The notes below the pieces were generated by a model. The model was not told the origin of the DNA. It was given only the letters and a program-made list of their open reading frames with translations, and made no database searches. The translations under genes were made by a program, and so were the position numbers. A stretch of 41,376 nucleotides of DNA from IMG/VR virus record IMGVR_UViG_3300033067_001585, positions 1-41,376 of that record, one strand, 5' to 3'. The DNA is from a virus (Duplodnaviria; Caudoviricetes). Positions 18,158 through 26,941 of the stretch are shown piece after piece. Within the stretch, counting starts at the first letter, position 1. Every line of letters begins with the position of its first letter.

Positions 18158-19786
18158 TTACCACCGTCCCCCACTCGCCTCCGGAAGCGGCTCCCCGAAT
18201 TGCTTGAGCATCTGGTTGAACATACCGAATACCGGCTGATCTATCGCGTCGCTCAAGTCCGTGGCGTGTTGCCGGTTCGGGTTGTCGTGGCGCTCGCCGC
18301 TCTTGTCTTTTTTCACTTCGCCCTGCTGGCCGTGCTTGGTTCGGGCGTTGCTCATGCTCACCCACAGTTCCTTGCAGTTCTGGCGGTTCACGCGGAAGCG
18401 CGGCAGGCGAGGGTGCTTCTCTTGCAGCAGCGCCTCCCACAGCTGGTACTTTTCGAAGTGGCGGGGGTTGGTGCCGGTGAGCGACATGCGGCGCACCGTC
18501 CAGCCGAGGCTAATCAGTTGCGTCTCGGCCTGCTGGGCGCGGGTGAGTTTCGTGTTGCCGGTGGAGGCGTTGCCAGTGGCATCGTACCACATCCACACCT
18601 CGCGGGTGGCGTGGTGGCGGTAGTAGTCGTTGAAGCGGCGGAACAGATCATCCTGTGTCTCGCCCGCGCTGCCGAGCGAAAAGAAGTTTTTCAGGGCGCG
18701 GAACTCACCCTGCAAGGACTGACACACTACGAGCGAGTTGATTGCTGACCCCCAGTCGGCACCGAGTATGAGCGGCAGCGAGGGCGTCAGGTCGTCGTCG
18801 CCACGGCAGTCGGCCACCGCGCCCACCTGGTTGCCGTAGTGCGCGTAGTTGAATCTGGTGTAGGCGTGCCGGTCTTCGTCGAGCAGGGCGTAGAATCCGT
18901 TCCGCACAAAGCGGGGGCGGATGTTCAGGTACTCGGCGTTGTAGGTGGTCACGTCTATGCACGAGCGGCGGGCCTCTGTAAGATAGTCGGGCTTGAGGTA
19001 GCCCAGCAGGATGTTCTGCATACAGTTGGCGCGGATGAACCGGTGCCGATCCGGCGCGAGCTGTGCCTGTTCTTCGCGCTGTATGAACCACGCACCGGCG
19101 GGGGTTAGGGCTGTGCTGCTGGCCATCATTCGAAAATCGAAAAAGCGCTTGTTTAGGAATGCCTTCGCGTTGCTGCCCCGGATACTCGGGCCGCTATCCT
19201 CGTCCAGTTTCTTTTTCGACAACATCACCGCCTCATCCGCGAAGCGGCCGTCGGTGCTTAGTCCGCGCCCGGCTCCGGGTACATCCTGCGACAACAGGTT
19301 GATCTGGAAGCCGGTCCAGAACGTTATCACGTTGTCGTACCGAAGCGGTGGTTTGTAGGGTTCCGGCCAGTTCCAGCGGGCAGGGGGACGCCGCCCGATG
19401 AAGTAGTGCAGGTCTTTATACAGGCCCTGCATTTCGAGGGCGTGTATGAATGCCGGTATGATCTCGGTTAAGAATTTCTGATACGTCGGCACCTCCCACT
19501 GGAACGCGCCGCGCGGAAGGTCTTGCGCAATAGCGCGGGCGAAGCGGGAAAACACGGTTGTTTTGCCGGTGCCGCGCCCCCACTCCAGATCCAGTTCTTT
19601 CACCTGGGGCGGTATGTGCCAGGCAAGCCACTGCGACAGGTTGTAGTTGATCTGTCTATACGAGGCGTCGGCCTGTTCTGCCAGGCGCTTCCAGTCCGCG
19701 CCGCCGCTACGGTGCAGGCGCTCGATCTCATTTCGGATCAGTTCCGGCGTCGTCGGGTAAGGCTTCGTATTCGACATACTCTTCAT
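18158..19786 (-). CDS. terL: Terminase large subunit
   Basis: Walker A GRGTGKT, Walker B FADEA, coupling motif ASST, nuclease acidic residues (GADWG, YDATG, DLSDAID). Confidence 0.88.
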   Translation of the reverse strand: MKSMSNTKPYPTTPELIRNEIERLHRSGGADWKRLAEQADASYRQINYNLSQWLAWHIPPQVKELDLEWGRGTGKTTVFSRFARAIAQDLPRGAFQWEVPTYQKFLTEIIPAFIHALEMQGLYKDLHYFIGRRPPARWNWPEPYKPPLRYDNVITFWTGFQINLLSQDVPGAGRGLSTDGRFADEAVMLSKKKLDEDSGPSIRGSNAKAFLNKRFFDFRMMASSTALTPAGAWFIQREEQAQLAPDRHRFIRANCMQNILLGYLKPDYLTEARRSCIDVTTYNAEYLNIRPRFVRNGFYALLDEDRHAYTRFNYAHYGNQVGAVADCRGDDDLTPSLPLILGADWGSAINSLVVCQSLQGEFRALKNFFSLGSAGETQDDLFRRFNDYYRHHATREVWMWYDATGNASTGNTKLTRAQQAETQLISLGWTVRRMSLTGTNPRHFEKYQLWEALLQEKHPRLPRFRVNRQNCKELWVSMSNARTKHGQQGEVKKDKSGERHDNPNRQHATDLSDAIDQPVFGMFNQMLKQFGEPLPEASGGRW

Positions 19787-20384
19787 TTTTGGCAGCGTAG
19801 ATTGTTTCGAATAGCTTGGCGGTATCCACCGAGCCGCCCGACTGGGCGAGGAAGTTGAGCAGCAGTTCCCGCAGTGCCGGGTCGAGCGCCTCTATGTAGG
19901 TGCGCTCCTTCATAATCTTTTCGAGGTCCACCGTATCGGGGTCGTCCTTATCTACCCCCGTGGCTGCCATGTAGGCCATCGTGGCCTTTGCCATGCCGGG
20001 CGCGTCGCCAGCTTCCTTCGCCACCGCGAAGGTTTCGAGGGCCATTTCTACGGCGCGGGCGCGGTGGGCTTCTTTCGGAACCCGTTCCAGGTCGCCGAAT
20101 AGTTTCATCGCGGCTGCGATGTCGTTGCGGGCGGTACTGATCGCCACGCCGAATTCATCGGCAATGGTGGTATAGACTTCGGTGTATGTCTTGCGGGCGA
20201 GAAACAGCGCCTTGGCCTGATCCATCCGGCGGCGCATATCTTCCTGCCGCTGGGTGAGTTTCCAGTGTTCGGCATCTTCGGCGCGGTACCAGGCGGCTAC
20301 TATGTCGCGGTCGTTCATGCCGCGCATGCGCTCCTGCCGGCGGAGTTCCGCCTGGTTGCGCACCACTATCTCGTTTTCTTTCAT
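19728..20384 (-). CDS. Probable terminase small subunit
   Basis: Helical protein with HTH-like IADEFGVAISTARNDI, directly upstream of terL. Confidence 0.6.
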   Translation of the reverse strand: MKENEIVVRNQAELRRQERMRGMNDRDIVAAWYRAEDAEHWKLTQRQEDMRRRMDQAKALFLARKTYTEVYTTIADEFGVAISTARNDIAAAMKLFGDLERVPKEAHRARAVEMALETFAVAKEAGDAPGMAKATMAYMAATGVDKDDPDTVDLEKIMKERTYIEALDPALRELLLNFLAQSGGSVDTAKLFETIYAAKNEEYVEYEALPDDAGTDPK

Positions 20385-21067
20385 GCGATCTGCTGTTCGA
20401 TTCTGTCTATCTGTGCCTGCTTTTCTTCCAGTTCGGTTTCGAGCTGTGCGCGGCGGGCTAAGGTTGGGGCGGATGGGATTAGGTGTTTCCGGATTTTAGA
20501 ACTGCGTGTGCGGAGGGATTGCAGCCGGCGGATCACGTCCACCCCGCCAACGGCGCCGCCGGTGATGGGGATGGGGTCGAAGTCCGGCGCGGCGGTGTCG
20601 GTAGTGTCCGGCTCGGAGCCTGCACGCATGGTATCGTAGTACGCATCGAGCGCTGGGATGATGCTGCTCATAATCATTTCGGCGTATTCGGCGCGCTGCG
20701 CATCCGTGGTGGCAGCGCACAGCAGCGCGTGGTAGTGCGCATGCTTCTTGTGCAGGAGCTTGGTTTCTGGGGCTATACCATGCAGCGGCGATAACAATGC
20801 GCTGGATACAGGTGGCACATCGAGGCGCATTTCGGCGGCTTCGGTTTGTTGCCGGGCGGTAGTGGCCGGCGGCGCGCTGTCTTCCATCGCGGCGCGTACT
20901 TTCCCCCACTCGTATTCTCCCGGTTCTTCGCCGGTGAGTACGAGCAGTTCGAGGCGCTGCATCATGCGCGGCGTGATGCTACCGGGCGCGTGTTGGCGCA
21001 GGGTGCGCACCGCATCAGTGAAGGTGTGCGACGTATGGAGCTGGAAGAAGTCGAGCAGGGTATTCAT
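20381..21067 (-). CDS. Hypothetical protein with coiled-coil C-terminus
   Basis: ATG at 21067 follows a promoter motif copy; coupled to the next gene. Confidence 0.6.
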   Translation of the reverse strand: MNTLLDFFQLHTSHTFTDAVRTLRQHAPGSITPRMMQRLELLVLTGEEPGEYEWGKVRAAMEDSAPPATTARQQTEAAEMRLDVPPVSSALLSPLHGIAPETKLLHKKHAHYHALLCAATTDAQRAEYAEMIMSSIIPALDAYYDTMRAGSEPDTTDTAAPDFDPIPITGGAVGGVDVIRRLQSLRTRSSKIRKHLIPSAPTLARRAQLETELEEKQAQIDRIEQQIA

Positions 21068-21076
21068 TTCGGGGTG

Positions 21077-21110
21077 CAAGTTGCGCGGCGATTGATTGTT
21101 CAGAAAGGAC
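21077..21110 (-). promoter_or_regulatory. Repeated phage promoter motif, copy 5 (1 nt shorter)
   Basis: GTCCTTT-N20-CAACTTG, just after a terminator. Confidence 0.55.
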
Positions 21111-21113
21111 GCG

Positions 21114-21144
21114 AAAAAAGCCCGTCCGGCTTACGTCGGCGGGC
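21114..21144 (-). terminator. Intrinsic terminator ending the head operon
   Basis: gcccg..cgggc stem with a T-run on the minus strand. Confidence 0.6.
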
Positions 21145-21241
21145 ATCTTTCATATGAAGCGAATTGAGTACGCGGGTCTGGGTGGTGTGCGGTGGCGGGC
21201 AGATGAGGCGCATCCTATCTGCACCGCCGAACGCACATCTG

Positions 21242-21559
21242 CTAACGTTTCTTGTCGTATCGGTTGCGGTATTCCGGGCGGATTTTCTCGAAAGAATCTT
21301 GCTCCGTTGTCGCCCGTTGTTCTATGTGTTCTTCTATCGCATCCTGCAATACTTCTATCGCTGGCGGTGCAGCTTGCACCCGGCAAATACCGGGCCAGCC
21401 TCTCGCCAAAAGGCGCTCTGCCTGCCGCTCTGTCAGTGCGGAGAAATCTATCTGAATGCGCCCGTACTGTGGGAACTCATACACCGGCCCGCCCTGTATC
21501 GGGCGTGTAAGTGCATAGCGATCCCGCAGCGCGGGCGGTAGCGTGTCGGTCGTTGTCAT
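21242..21559 (-). CDS. Small hypothetical protein
   Basis: 105 aa from the ATG at 21559, after the tail-tube gene. Confidence 0.55.
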   Translation of the reverse strand: MTTTDTLPPALRDRYALTRPIQGGPVYEFPQYGRIQIDFSALTERQAERLLARGWPGICRVQAAPPAIEVLQDAIEEHIEQRATTEQDSFEKIRPEYRNRYDKKR

Positions 21560-21563
21560 AGCC

Positions 21564-22109
21564 TTATGCGTTCGGCGTGACATCAATCAGCCCCTCGTAC
21601 AACATCGGGCGGGAAGTGTATCCGCTCACCGTCACGGTGATGATACGTTCCGATTCCGGGCCGTCGCCGGTGCTGCCTTCGGCGGTTTCTACATAGGCCG
21701 GGTCATCCTTGCGACCGATCACGTGGACCTTGCCCACCTTGTCGGTGCAGAGGAATACGCCGGGGATGTTCAGCATCCGCGTGACGAACTCCAGCTGCTG
21801 CGCATTCACCCCAGCCAGCACGAACGTGAAGGTTTCCTTCCAGCCCTTGGAGCCGATACCGCCTACAGCGGACAGCGCGTAGGAGTTCTTGTTGATGAGC
21901 ATTGGGAACGCCCGAAAGAATCCTTTCAGGGAGCCGGCGCCCGAGAAATCAAAGTCCTCCGTGGCCCGCACGTAGTCGCCTTCGGCGGCGAAGGTCATGT
22001 AGTCGGGCATGGCGGTCACCTCCGAAGAGGGCACCATGTAGCCGACTTGTTTGGTACCGGGCGTGTTATCGCCACACGGCACCGCAGTGAGTGCTGCTAT
22101 CGTACACAT
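21564..22109 (-). CDS. Probable major tail tube protein
   Basis: 181 aa beta-rich; C..N.PG N-terminus and IG..D.PA motif recalled from Bacteroidota siphophage tube proteins. Confidence 0.6.
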   Translation of the reverse strand: MCTIAALTAVPCGDNTPGTKQVGYMVPSSEVTAMPDYMTFAAEGDYVRATEDFDFSGAGSLKGFFRAFPMLINKNSYALSAVGGIGSKGWKETFTFVLAGVNAQQLEFVTRMLNIPGVFLCTDKVGKVHVIGRKDDPAYVETAEGSTGDGPESERIITVTVSGYTSRPMLYEGLIDVTPNA

Positions 22110-22426
22110 TATTTCTTCTTGTTTGCCGGGGCGGGGGCCTCCGTGGTGAAGTATGCGTATTTCATCTTGATTAACCGGTCGAGTACCTCTACGGCTGCGG
22201 CGTGCCCTTCGGCGGCGGGGTCGGCGGCAGCGGCAAGCAACATGGTTGTGTCGCAGAAATTGCCCGCTGCATCGCGCACACGCCGGTGCCCTGGTACGAA
22301 ACTGTGCCCCTTGTAGCTGCCGGGTATAGGCGCAGGGCCGCCGCTTTTCAGGGCGGCGCGGGCGGCTTCCAGTTCGGCGCGGGTGGCGTCGAGTTCGGCT
22401 TTCAGGTCGTTATTTTCTTGTGCCAT
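22109..22426 (-). CDS. Small hypothetical head-associated protein
   Basis: 105 aa directly after the capsid gene. Confidence 0.6.
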   Translation of the reverse strand: MAQENNDLKAELDATRAELEAARAALKSGGPAPIPGSYKGHSFVPGHRRVRDAAGNFCDTTMLLAAAADPAAEGHAAAVEVLDRLIKMKYAYFTTEAPAPANKKK

Positions 22427-22501
22427 TGTGATTGTGTAAGTTGGAATGAAGCCGGGCGACCGAAGCCGCCCGGTTCATTATGGTGGAAGTAATTGCCTTG
22501 G

Positions 22502-23470
22502 TTAGGCTTGGTCGTTCACAAAGAGGGTTCCGAAATGCTCGAAACCGAAAAAGCGATAGATGACAGCCTTCATGTGCAGGTTGTAGAGGTCGTGGTCGAA
22601 GATGAACTGCGGGTACGCCGGATAGCCCCGGCGCGTGCCCACTATCATGTTCTGTTGGCCGCTCGGCAGGAAGATCCAGCGGTTGCTGGAACCCATCGCC
22701 TTGACGCCGATGATGCGCACGGGGAAGCCGTCCACCGTGAGGCCGCCGTTTGCCTGCAAGTTGCTCCACGTGGCCGCGCTGAACTCGCTGCGGAAATCGT
22801 AGTAGTAGTTGCGGGCGTTGGTGTCGCTCATCAGGATTACGCCGCCACGGCCGCGCACGGCGGCAGGCATAGAGGTGAGCCATGCTTCCAGCTTGGCGCG
22901 GATGTCGGAGGAGGTGAAGGAACCGGATGCCACAGGAACCAGATCGCCCGCCGTGATGGCGTTGGCGATATTGATTTTGTAGCCGTCTACGGCATCCAGC
23001 ACATCGCCGGGGGTGCCGGGCGTGGGTGCGCTGTACTCGCCCAGCCATGCCAGGGAGTTCAGTTCTTCCTGCCACTTCGGCACGATGAGCTGGTCCACGA
23101 TGTAGCGCGGGTACGACCACTCCATCGGGTCTTTGCCGGCTTCGAACCAGTTGTTGCGCCATTTGTCGTAGAACTTCAAGAGTTGCTCTTCGGAGAACTT
23201 CAGATCAATCTTGATCGGGCGGAGCGTGTTGCTCACGCCGTCCCACGTTTCCGTGTTGTTCGGGGTGAATTGTGCCTGGTAGGGCTGAATGAGGTCGCTG
23301 ATCGAGGCGTTCTCGGCGGTGTACACCTCTTCGGCGCTTACCATGCCGATCTCTGGAATCGTCTCGAATTCGAGGCCGACCCGGAACGCTTGCTTGGTTT
23401 CCGAGGCCCAGGTGATGACGTGCTGGTTAAGCGCTTCCTGTGCCGCAGCGATAGTTATTGCGTGTGCCAT
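22502..23470 (-). CDS. Major capsid protein
   Basis: 322 aa directly downstream of protease-scaffold; size and position fit an HK97-fold capsid. Confidence 0.75.
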   Translation of the reverse strand: MAHAITIAAAQEALNQHVITWASETKQAFRVGLEFETIPEIGMVSAEEVYTAENASISDLIQPYQAQFTPNNTETWDGVSNTLRPIKIDLKFSEEQLLKFYDKWRNNWFEAGKDPMEWSYPRYIVDQLIVPKWQEELNSLAWLGEYSAPTPGTPGDVLDAVDGYKINIANAITAGDLVPVASGSFTSSDIRAKLEAWLTSMPAAVRGRGGVILMSDTNARNYYYDFRSEFSAATWSNLQANGGLTVDGFPVRIIGVKAMGSSNRWIFLPSGQQNMIVGTRRGYPAYPQFIFDHDLYNLHMKAVIYRFFGFEHFGTLFVNDQA

Positions 23471-23538
23471 GTTGTGTGTTGGCGGTTAGGTTGTGAGTGA
23501 TATAGTTTCTGACAGTAGGTGTGTCGGTCGTGGTCGGG

Positions 23539-24702
23539 TTACTGGATCGGGCGGAACGGCGTGGCGCCCTGCTTAGCAGCGTTGGCCATAGCCTCGTTGA
23601 AGGTGTGCAGGCGGTCCGGCACTGGGTCGGTAATGGGGGCGTCGGTGTCGGGCAGGCCGGGGCTTGCCTTTGCAGCGCCTGGCGCTTGTGCGTACTCGTC
23701 CAGGCGCTTGGTAGCTTCGGAAAGCGATGCTTTCAGCGTGGCGAGTTCTTTCAGTACAGCGTCCAGTTGATCGGCCGGGGCCGGTTCTGCCGTCGGGGCG
23801 GGTGGCTCGGCGGCGTCTTCGATCTCTGCGATGTGTGCCTTCACGGCTGCGAGGTCGAGTGTGTTGTCGTCGAGGCTCTTTCGGAATTCTTCCAGAGTCA
23901 TGTCTTTTTTTTGTGCTGGTGAAGGTGGAACCGGCGGTGTTTTGCCGGCGATTTTTTCTATACGTAGCTCGAATGCTTTCCGCAAGCGCGTCAGCATACC
24001 GGGAGCCTCGGGGGCATCCACTACATGCTTTTCGACGTGGGTAACCAACTGTTTGTAGGTCATCGTTTCAATACTTTTTTCGACCTCTGCCGCGTCGTAC
24101 TCTTCGGTGCTGGATACGAGCGCGTCGGCTACAGCGTCCTTGTACGTCAGCCAGTGGTCGGCGTAGTCCGCGTAGTAGCGGCTGCGCATTTCTTCCTCAT
24201 CAATGCCGAGGCTGGCAGCGGTGGCGATGATGGCCGCGTCGGTCATCTTGTCCATGATGTCGGCGCACTCCCGCATTTCCTTGGCGTTGCCAACTGCGTA
24301 CGACCACGTGGGGTGGATCATCAGCAGGGCGTTTTTCGCCATGTGCCGCACGGATCCGCACAGCCAAATGTCGGCTGCCATGCTGGCTGCTATGCCGTCG
24401 TTCCATGTGTGTACCTCGGCGCTGCTGCTGGCGATAGCAGTCATGATGGCATTGCCATGGCGGAAGTCGCCGCCGTAGCTGTTCAGGCGCAAGTGGATGC
24501 GCTTGTAGGATGCGGCTAACCGACTGAATTCCCGCACGAAGTCCAAGTCGGTCACGCCGTCCATTTTCCAGCCGCCGGCGTCGGTGTCCCAGGTGTAGGA
24601 CTCGCCGATGTAACCGTACAACAGGATCGTGGCCTCGTCGGAGGACTCGTCCGTGACGACCTTGAAAAACTGCTGTGTAGGTGGCTGTATGTTCTTGCTC
24701 AT
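23539..24702 (-). CDS. ClpP-like head maturation protease fused to a scaffold domain
   Basis: LNSYGGD, GIAASMAA (catalytic Ser), LMIHP (His); Pro/Ala-rich coiled C-terminus; ATG at 24702. Confidence 0.88.
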   Translation of the reverse strand: MSKNIQPPTQQFFKVVTDESSDEATILLYGYIGESYTWDTDAGGWKMDGVTDLDFVREFSRLAASYKRIHLRLNSYGGDFRHGNAIMTAIASSSAEVHTWNDGIAASMAADIWLCGSVRHMAKNALLMIHPTWSYAVGNAKEMRECADIMDKMTDAAIIATAASLGIDEEEMRSRYYADYADHWLTYKDAVADALVSSTEEYDAAEVEKSIETMTYKQLVTHVEKHVVDAPEAPGMLTRLRKAFELRIEKIAGKTPPVPPSPAQKKDMTLEEFRKSLDDNTLDLAAVKAHIAEIEDAAEPPAPTAEPAPADQLDAVLKELATLKASLSEATKRLDEYAQAPGAAKASPGLPDTDAPITDPVPDRLHTFNEAMANAAKQGATPFRPIQ

Positions 24703-24704
24703 AT

Positions 24705-25199
24705 TTACCAAGTAGGTGTATAGATGGGTGCTTTTTGGAGGGCTACGCCCTGAAACGTGCACTGGTGCCCGCGCTGATCGCCGCCCTGCGGGCCGGTGGA
24801 AAAGCGCGAATCGAAACGAAGGGGTTGCTCGGGTGTGCCGAGCAGTATAGGTGATCCGTCGCGGCCGACCATGCGTAGGAGGAAGCGGCGGTGCCGCATC
24901 TCGGACAGCTCGGCGCGCACGGCGGCACTGTCCCCGGGCAGGAACACCTGCACGGATTGCCGGTAGGTGCTGCCCTGTGTGGTGGCGGCATGGTCCTCGG
25001 TGAACGACCCGGTACCGACCACGAACGGCAGCGCGTGCCAGGTGGCGGACAGGGTACGGCGGAATACAAACTCCTGATCAACCGCAGGCTCGAAACTGGA
25101 CAGGTCCAGCGTGTCGAGCGCGGCATACTCCAACACCCCTACCCCGGGCGTACCGGCGGCGAGGGTACAGAAATCAATATCGAATCCTTGTAAGTCCAC
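24705..25199 (-). CDS. Tail-tube-like paralogue
   Basis: C-terminal half aligns by eye with 21564-22109; GTG start 4 nt after a promoter motif. Confidence 0.55.
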   Translation of the reverse strand: MDLQGFDIDFCTLAAGTPGVGVLEYAALDTLDLSSFEPAVDQEFVFRRTLSATWHALPFVVGTGSFTEDHAATTQGSTYRQSVQVFLPGDSAAVRAELSEMRHRRFLLRMVGRDGSPILLGTPEQPLRFDSRFSTGPQGGDQRGHQCTFQGVALQKAPIYTPTW

Positions 25200-25203
25200 G
25201 TCG

Positions 25204-25238
25204 CAAAAATGCAGGCGTGCGCGGGCGCGGGAAAGGAC
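25204..25238 (-). promoter_or_regulatory. Repeated phage promoter motif, copy 6 (head operon)
   Basis: GTCCTTT-N20-CATTTTTG. Confidence 0.72.
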
Positions 25239-25248
25239 GGGCGTAGGG

Positions 25249-25908
25249 CTACCAGCGTACGCGGGTGCGGTGTGCTACATCAACAGGCACGGCGCGTGGG
25301 CGCATGGTGTTGCCCCGAATGATGGGCGCGTTGTAGTGGCTGCGCCAACGCCATGCGTATTTTTTTGCCTGCTCGAACTCGATGAGGTCAGCAATTCCGA
25401 TCTGATCCAGAAACAGCAGGATAGATTCTGTCTCGGTGGCGCCGGTAGCTTTTTCGCGTAGGACGAACCGGGCAATGTCGTCGAACAAGAGTTGCTCGGC
25501 GAACCGGTTGAACCGGCGCGTGCCGGCATCGGTGATGAAGCGGCGCTCGCGCATAGCGGCGTAGTGCTCTTCGTCGTCGTCGGTGGCGGGGAACATAGAG
25601 AACTGCGCAGGCTTGCAGCACGGGCGCTTCACTTTCTCTTTTTCGGTGACGCGGAAATACAGGCGGGCGTGGAACTCATCCACACTTTCGCGGGGAGCCG
25701 AGCGGCGAAACTCGTGCATAGTGACGAGCAAGCTATCCAGCGCGGCGGCGACGGGACCAATACCAGGCAGCAACAATGGCGTGGAGAGATCGGTGAAACA
25801 TTCGCGCCAGGCGATGTACCGAAGGAGTGCCGGACGCATAGCCACGCAGGCAATACGGTCCGGGGTGTAGGCTTGTGGTGGGGATTGTACTTCTGATGTG
25901 TGCGGCAT
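25249..25908 (-). CDS. Hypothetical protein, candidate late-gene activator
   Basis: 219 aa; own TACATTTG element at 25963-25956; HTH-like basic C-terminus; sits just before the head operon. Confidence 0.45.
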   Translation of the reverse strand: MPHTSEVQSPPQAYTPDRIACVAMRPALLRYIAWRECFTDLSTPLLLPGIGPVAAALDSLLVTMHEFRRSAPRESVDEFHARLYFRVTEKEKVKRPCCKPAQFSMFPATDDDEEHYAAMRERRFITDAGTRRFNRFAEQLLFDDIARFVLREKATGATETESILLFLDQIGIADLIEFEQAKKYAWRWRSHYNAPIIRGNTMRPRAVPVDVAHRTRVRW

Positions 25909-26072
25909 CTGAACAATTTGTCGTGAAAAACATGCCGTACCAATTGCTTCGGTAGCAAATGTACAAAAACTGCGCCCAATACGGCGCTGTGGTTGAGTAT
26001 GCGGCGAAACAAAAAGCCCGTGCCTGCCTATCGGCGGACACGGACGCGGGTATCAAAACAAAACGATGCTTC

Positions 26073-26453
26073 TTATGCCGTCTCGTAATTCGAGGGGCCG
26101 GTAGCTTTCGGACTGGAGAAAATGTTCTTGAAAAACGAAGCGTACAGGCCCGACGTGATGAAGTACGTGAGGGCTATTTTCCAGATTCCGACCCCGCCGA
26201 ATAAATGGAAGCCAAGGCCCGCCGTGAGGCCGAACGCGACGGTGCGCAGAAACGGACTGAACCGCTTGACGCCCGGCAAGAAGCCGGACACGTAGCCGAA
26301 CAGCAGCACGAGGGCGGAGTACAGCGGATCCACAGCACTGGCGAACAGGTTTTCGGGGGTGAGGGTTTCGACCGGAGGGAAGTCCGGTACCTGCCCGGTG
26401 GCACTGCCGACAGCGATGAACAGGATGGCGAGTGCAAGGAGAAAGAGGCGCAT
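26073..26453 (-). CDS. Membrane protein, holin candidate
   Basis: Signal-like N-terminus (..SATG|Q), three further hydrophobic helices and a basic tail; downstream of a promoter motif copy. Confidence 0.55.
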   Translation of the reverse strand: MRLFLLALAILFIAVGSATGQVPDFPPVETLTPENLFASAVDPLYSALVLLFGYVSGFLPGVKRFSPFLRTVAFGLTAGLGFHLFGGVGIWKIALTYFITSGLYASFFKNIFSSPKATGPSNYETA

Positions 26454-26489
26454 GGTTGTTGTATTTCGTGAATAGTATAGAATGAGGTG

Positions 26490-26524
26490 CAAATGTGCCA
26501 CCCTACCCCGCCCCGAAAAAGGAC
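26490..26524 (-). promoter_or_regulatory. Repeated phage promoter motif, copy 7
   Basis: GTCCTTT-N20-CACATTTG. Confidence 0.68.
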
Positions 26525-26529
26525 GAAAT

Positions 26530-26594
26530 AAAAAAGCCTCCAGAGCTTACGCGCTGAAGGCTACCCCAAAAAACCAAATGAAAACTTCTATTGC
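26530..26594 (-). ncRNA. Putative small RNA of about 65 nt ending in an intrinsic terminator
   Basis: TACATTTG at 26607-26600, a U-rich non-coding stretch, then a GUAA-loop hairpin (26535-26562) and U-run. Confidence 0.4.
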
Positions 26595-26633
26595 CTGGAC
26601 AAATGTAACGTGTATTGATTGAATGTGCAATGG

Positions 26634-26852
26634 TTATGCAGTTGCTGCTTTTACTGCCCACATGGCAGCTTCTTCGTATGTCCTCTGTGCGATAATAACA
26701 AGCCTCTCGTCTTTCAGCTTCAGCGATTCAACCAGGTTGATAAGTTCTGCTGTTTTTTGCTTGATCTGGTCCACGGTAGAATCAGCAGACGGATTGAATG
26801 ACGTGCGCACGCGAGCTTCGCCGATGGTAAGTTCTTGTTCTGTGTTGTGCAT
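26634..26852 (-). CDS. Acb2/Tad1-like helical-hairpin protein (putative immune-signal sponge)
   Basis: 72 aa; FNPS..V..IK...A.LI...R....A....EEAAMWAVKAAT pattern resembles the Acb2/Tad1 hairpin family (recall). Confidence 0.6.
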   Translation of the reverse strand: MHNTEQELTIGEARVRTSFNPSADSTVDQIKQKTAELINLVESLKLKDERLVIIAQRTYEEAAMWAVKAATA

Positions 26853-26877
26853 ATTTTTGAATTTAATGTGTGAATGT

Positions 26878-26941
26878 GCCTAACTATCACCCACCGGAAA
26901 CCGCCGCAGTGGCGGCGGCTTCGGTGGGCTTTGAGTTAGCC
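26878..26941 (-). mobile_element. attC-like recombination site 1 (64 bp)
   Basis: Minus strand GGCTAAC...GTTAGGC enclosing an imperfect hairpin cccaccg(g)aa.ccgccgc / gcggcgg.ttcggtggg; methyltransferase stop lies inside TAAC. Confidence 0.75.

Noticed and set aside
18131-18160. Short TCAT-rich tandem repeat between terL and the endolysin
   Set aside because: Low complexity and very short; no function can be supported
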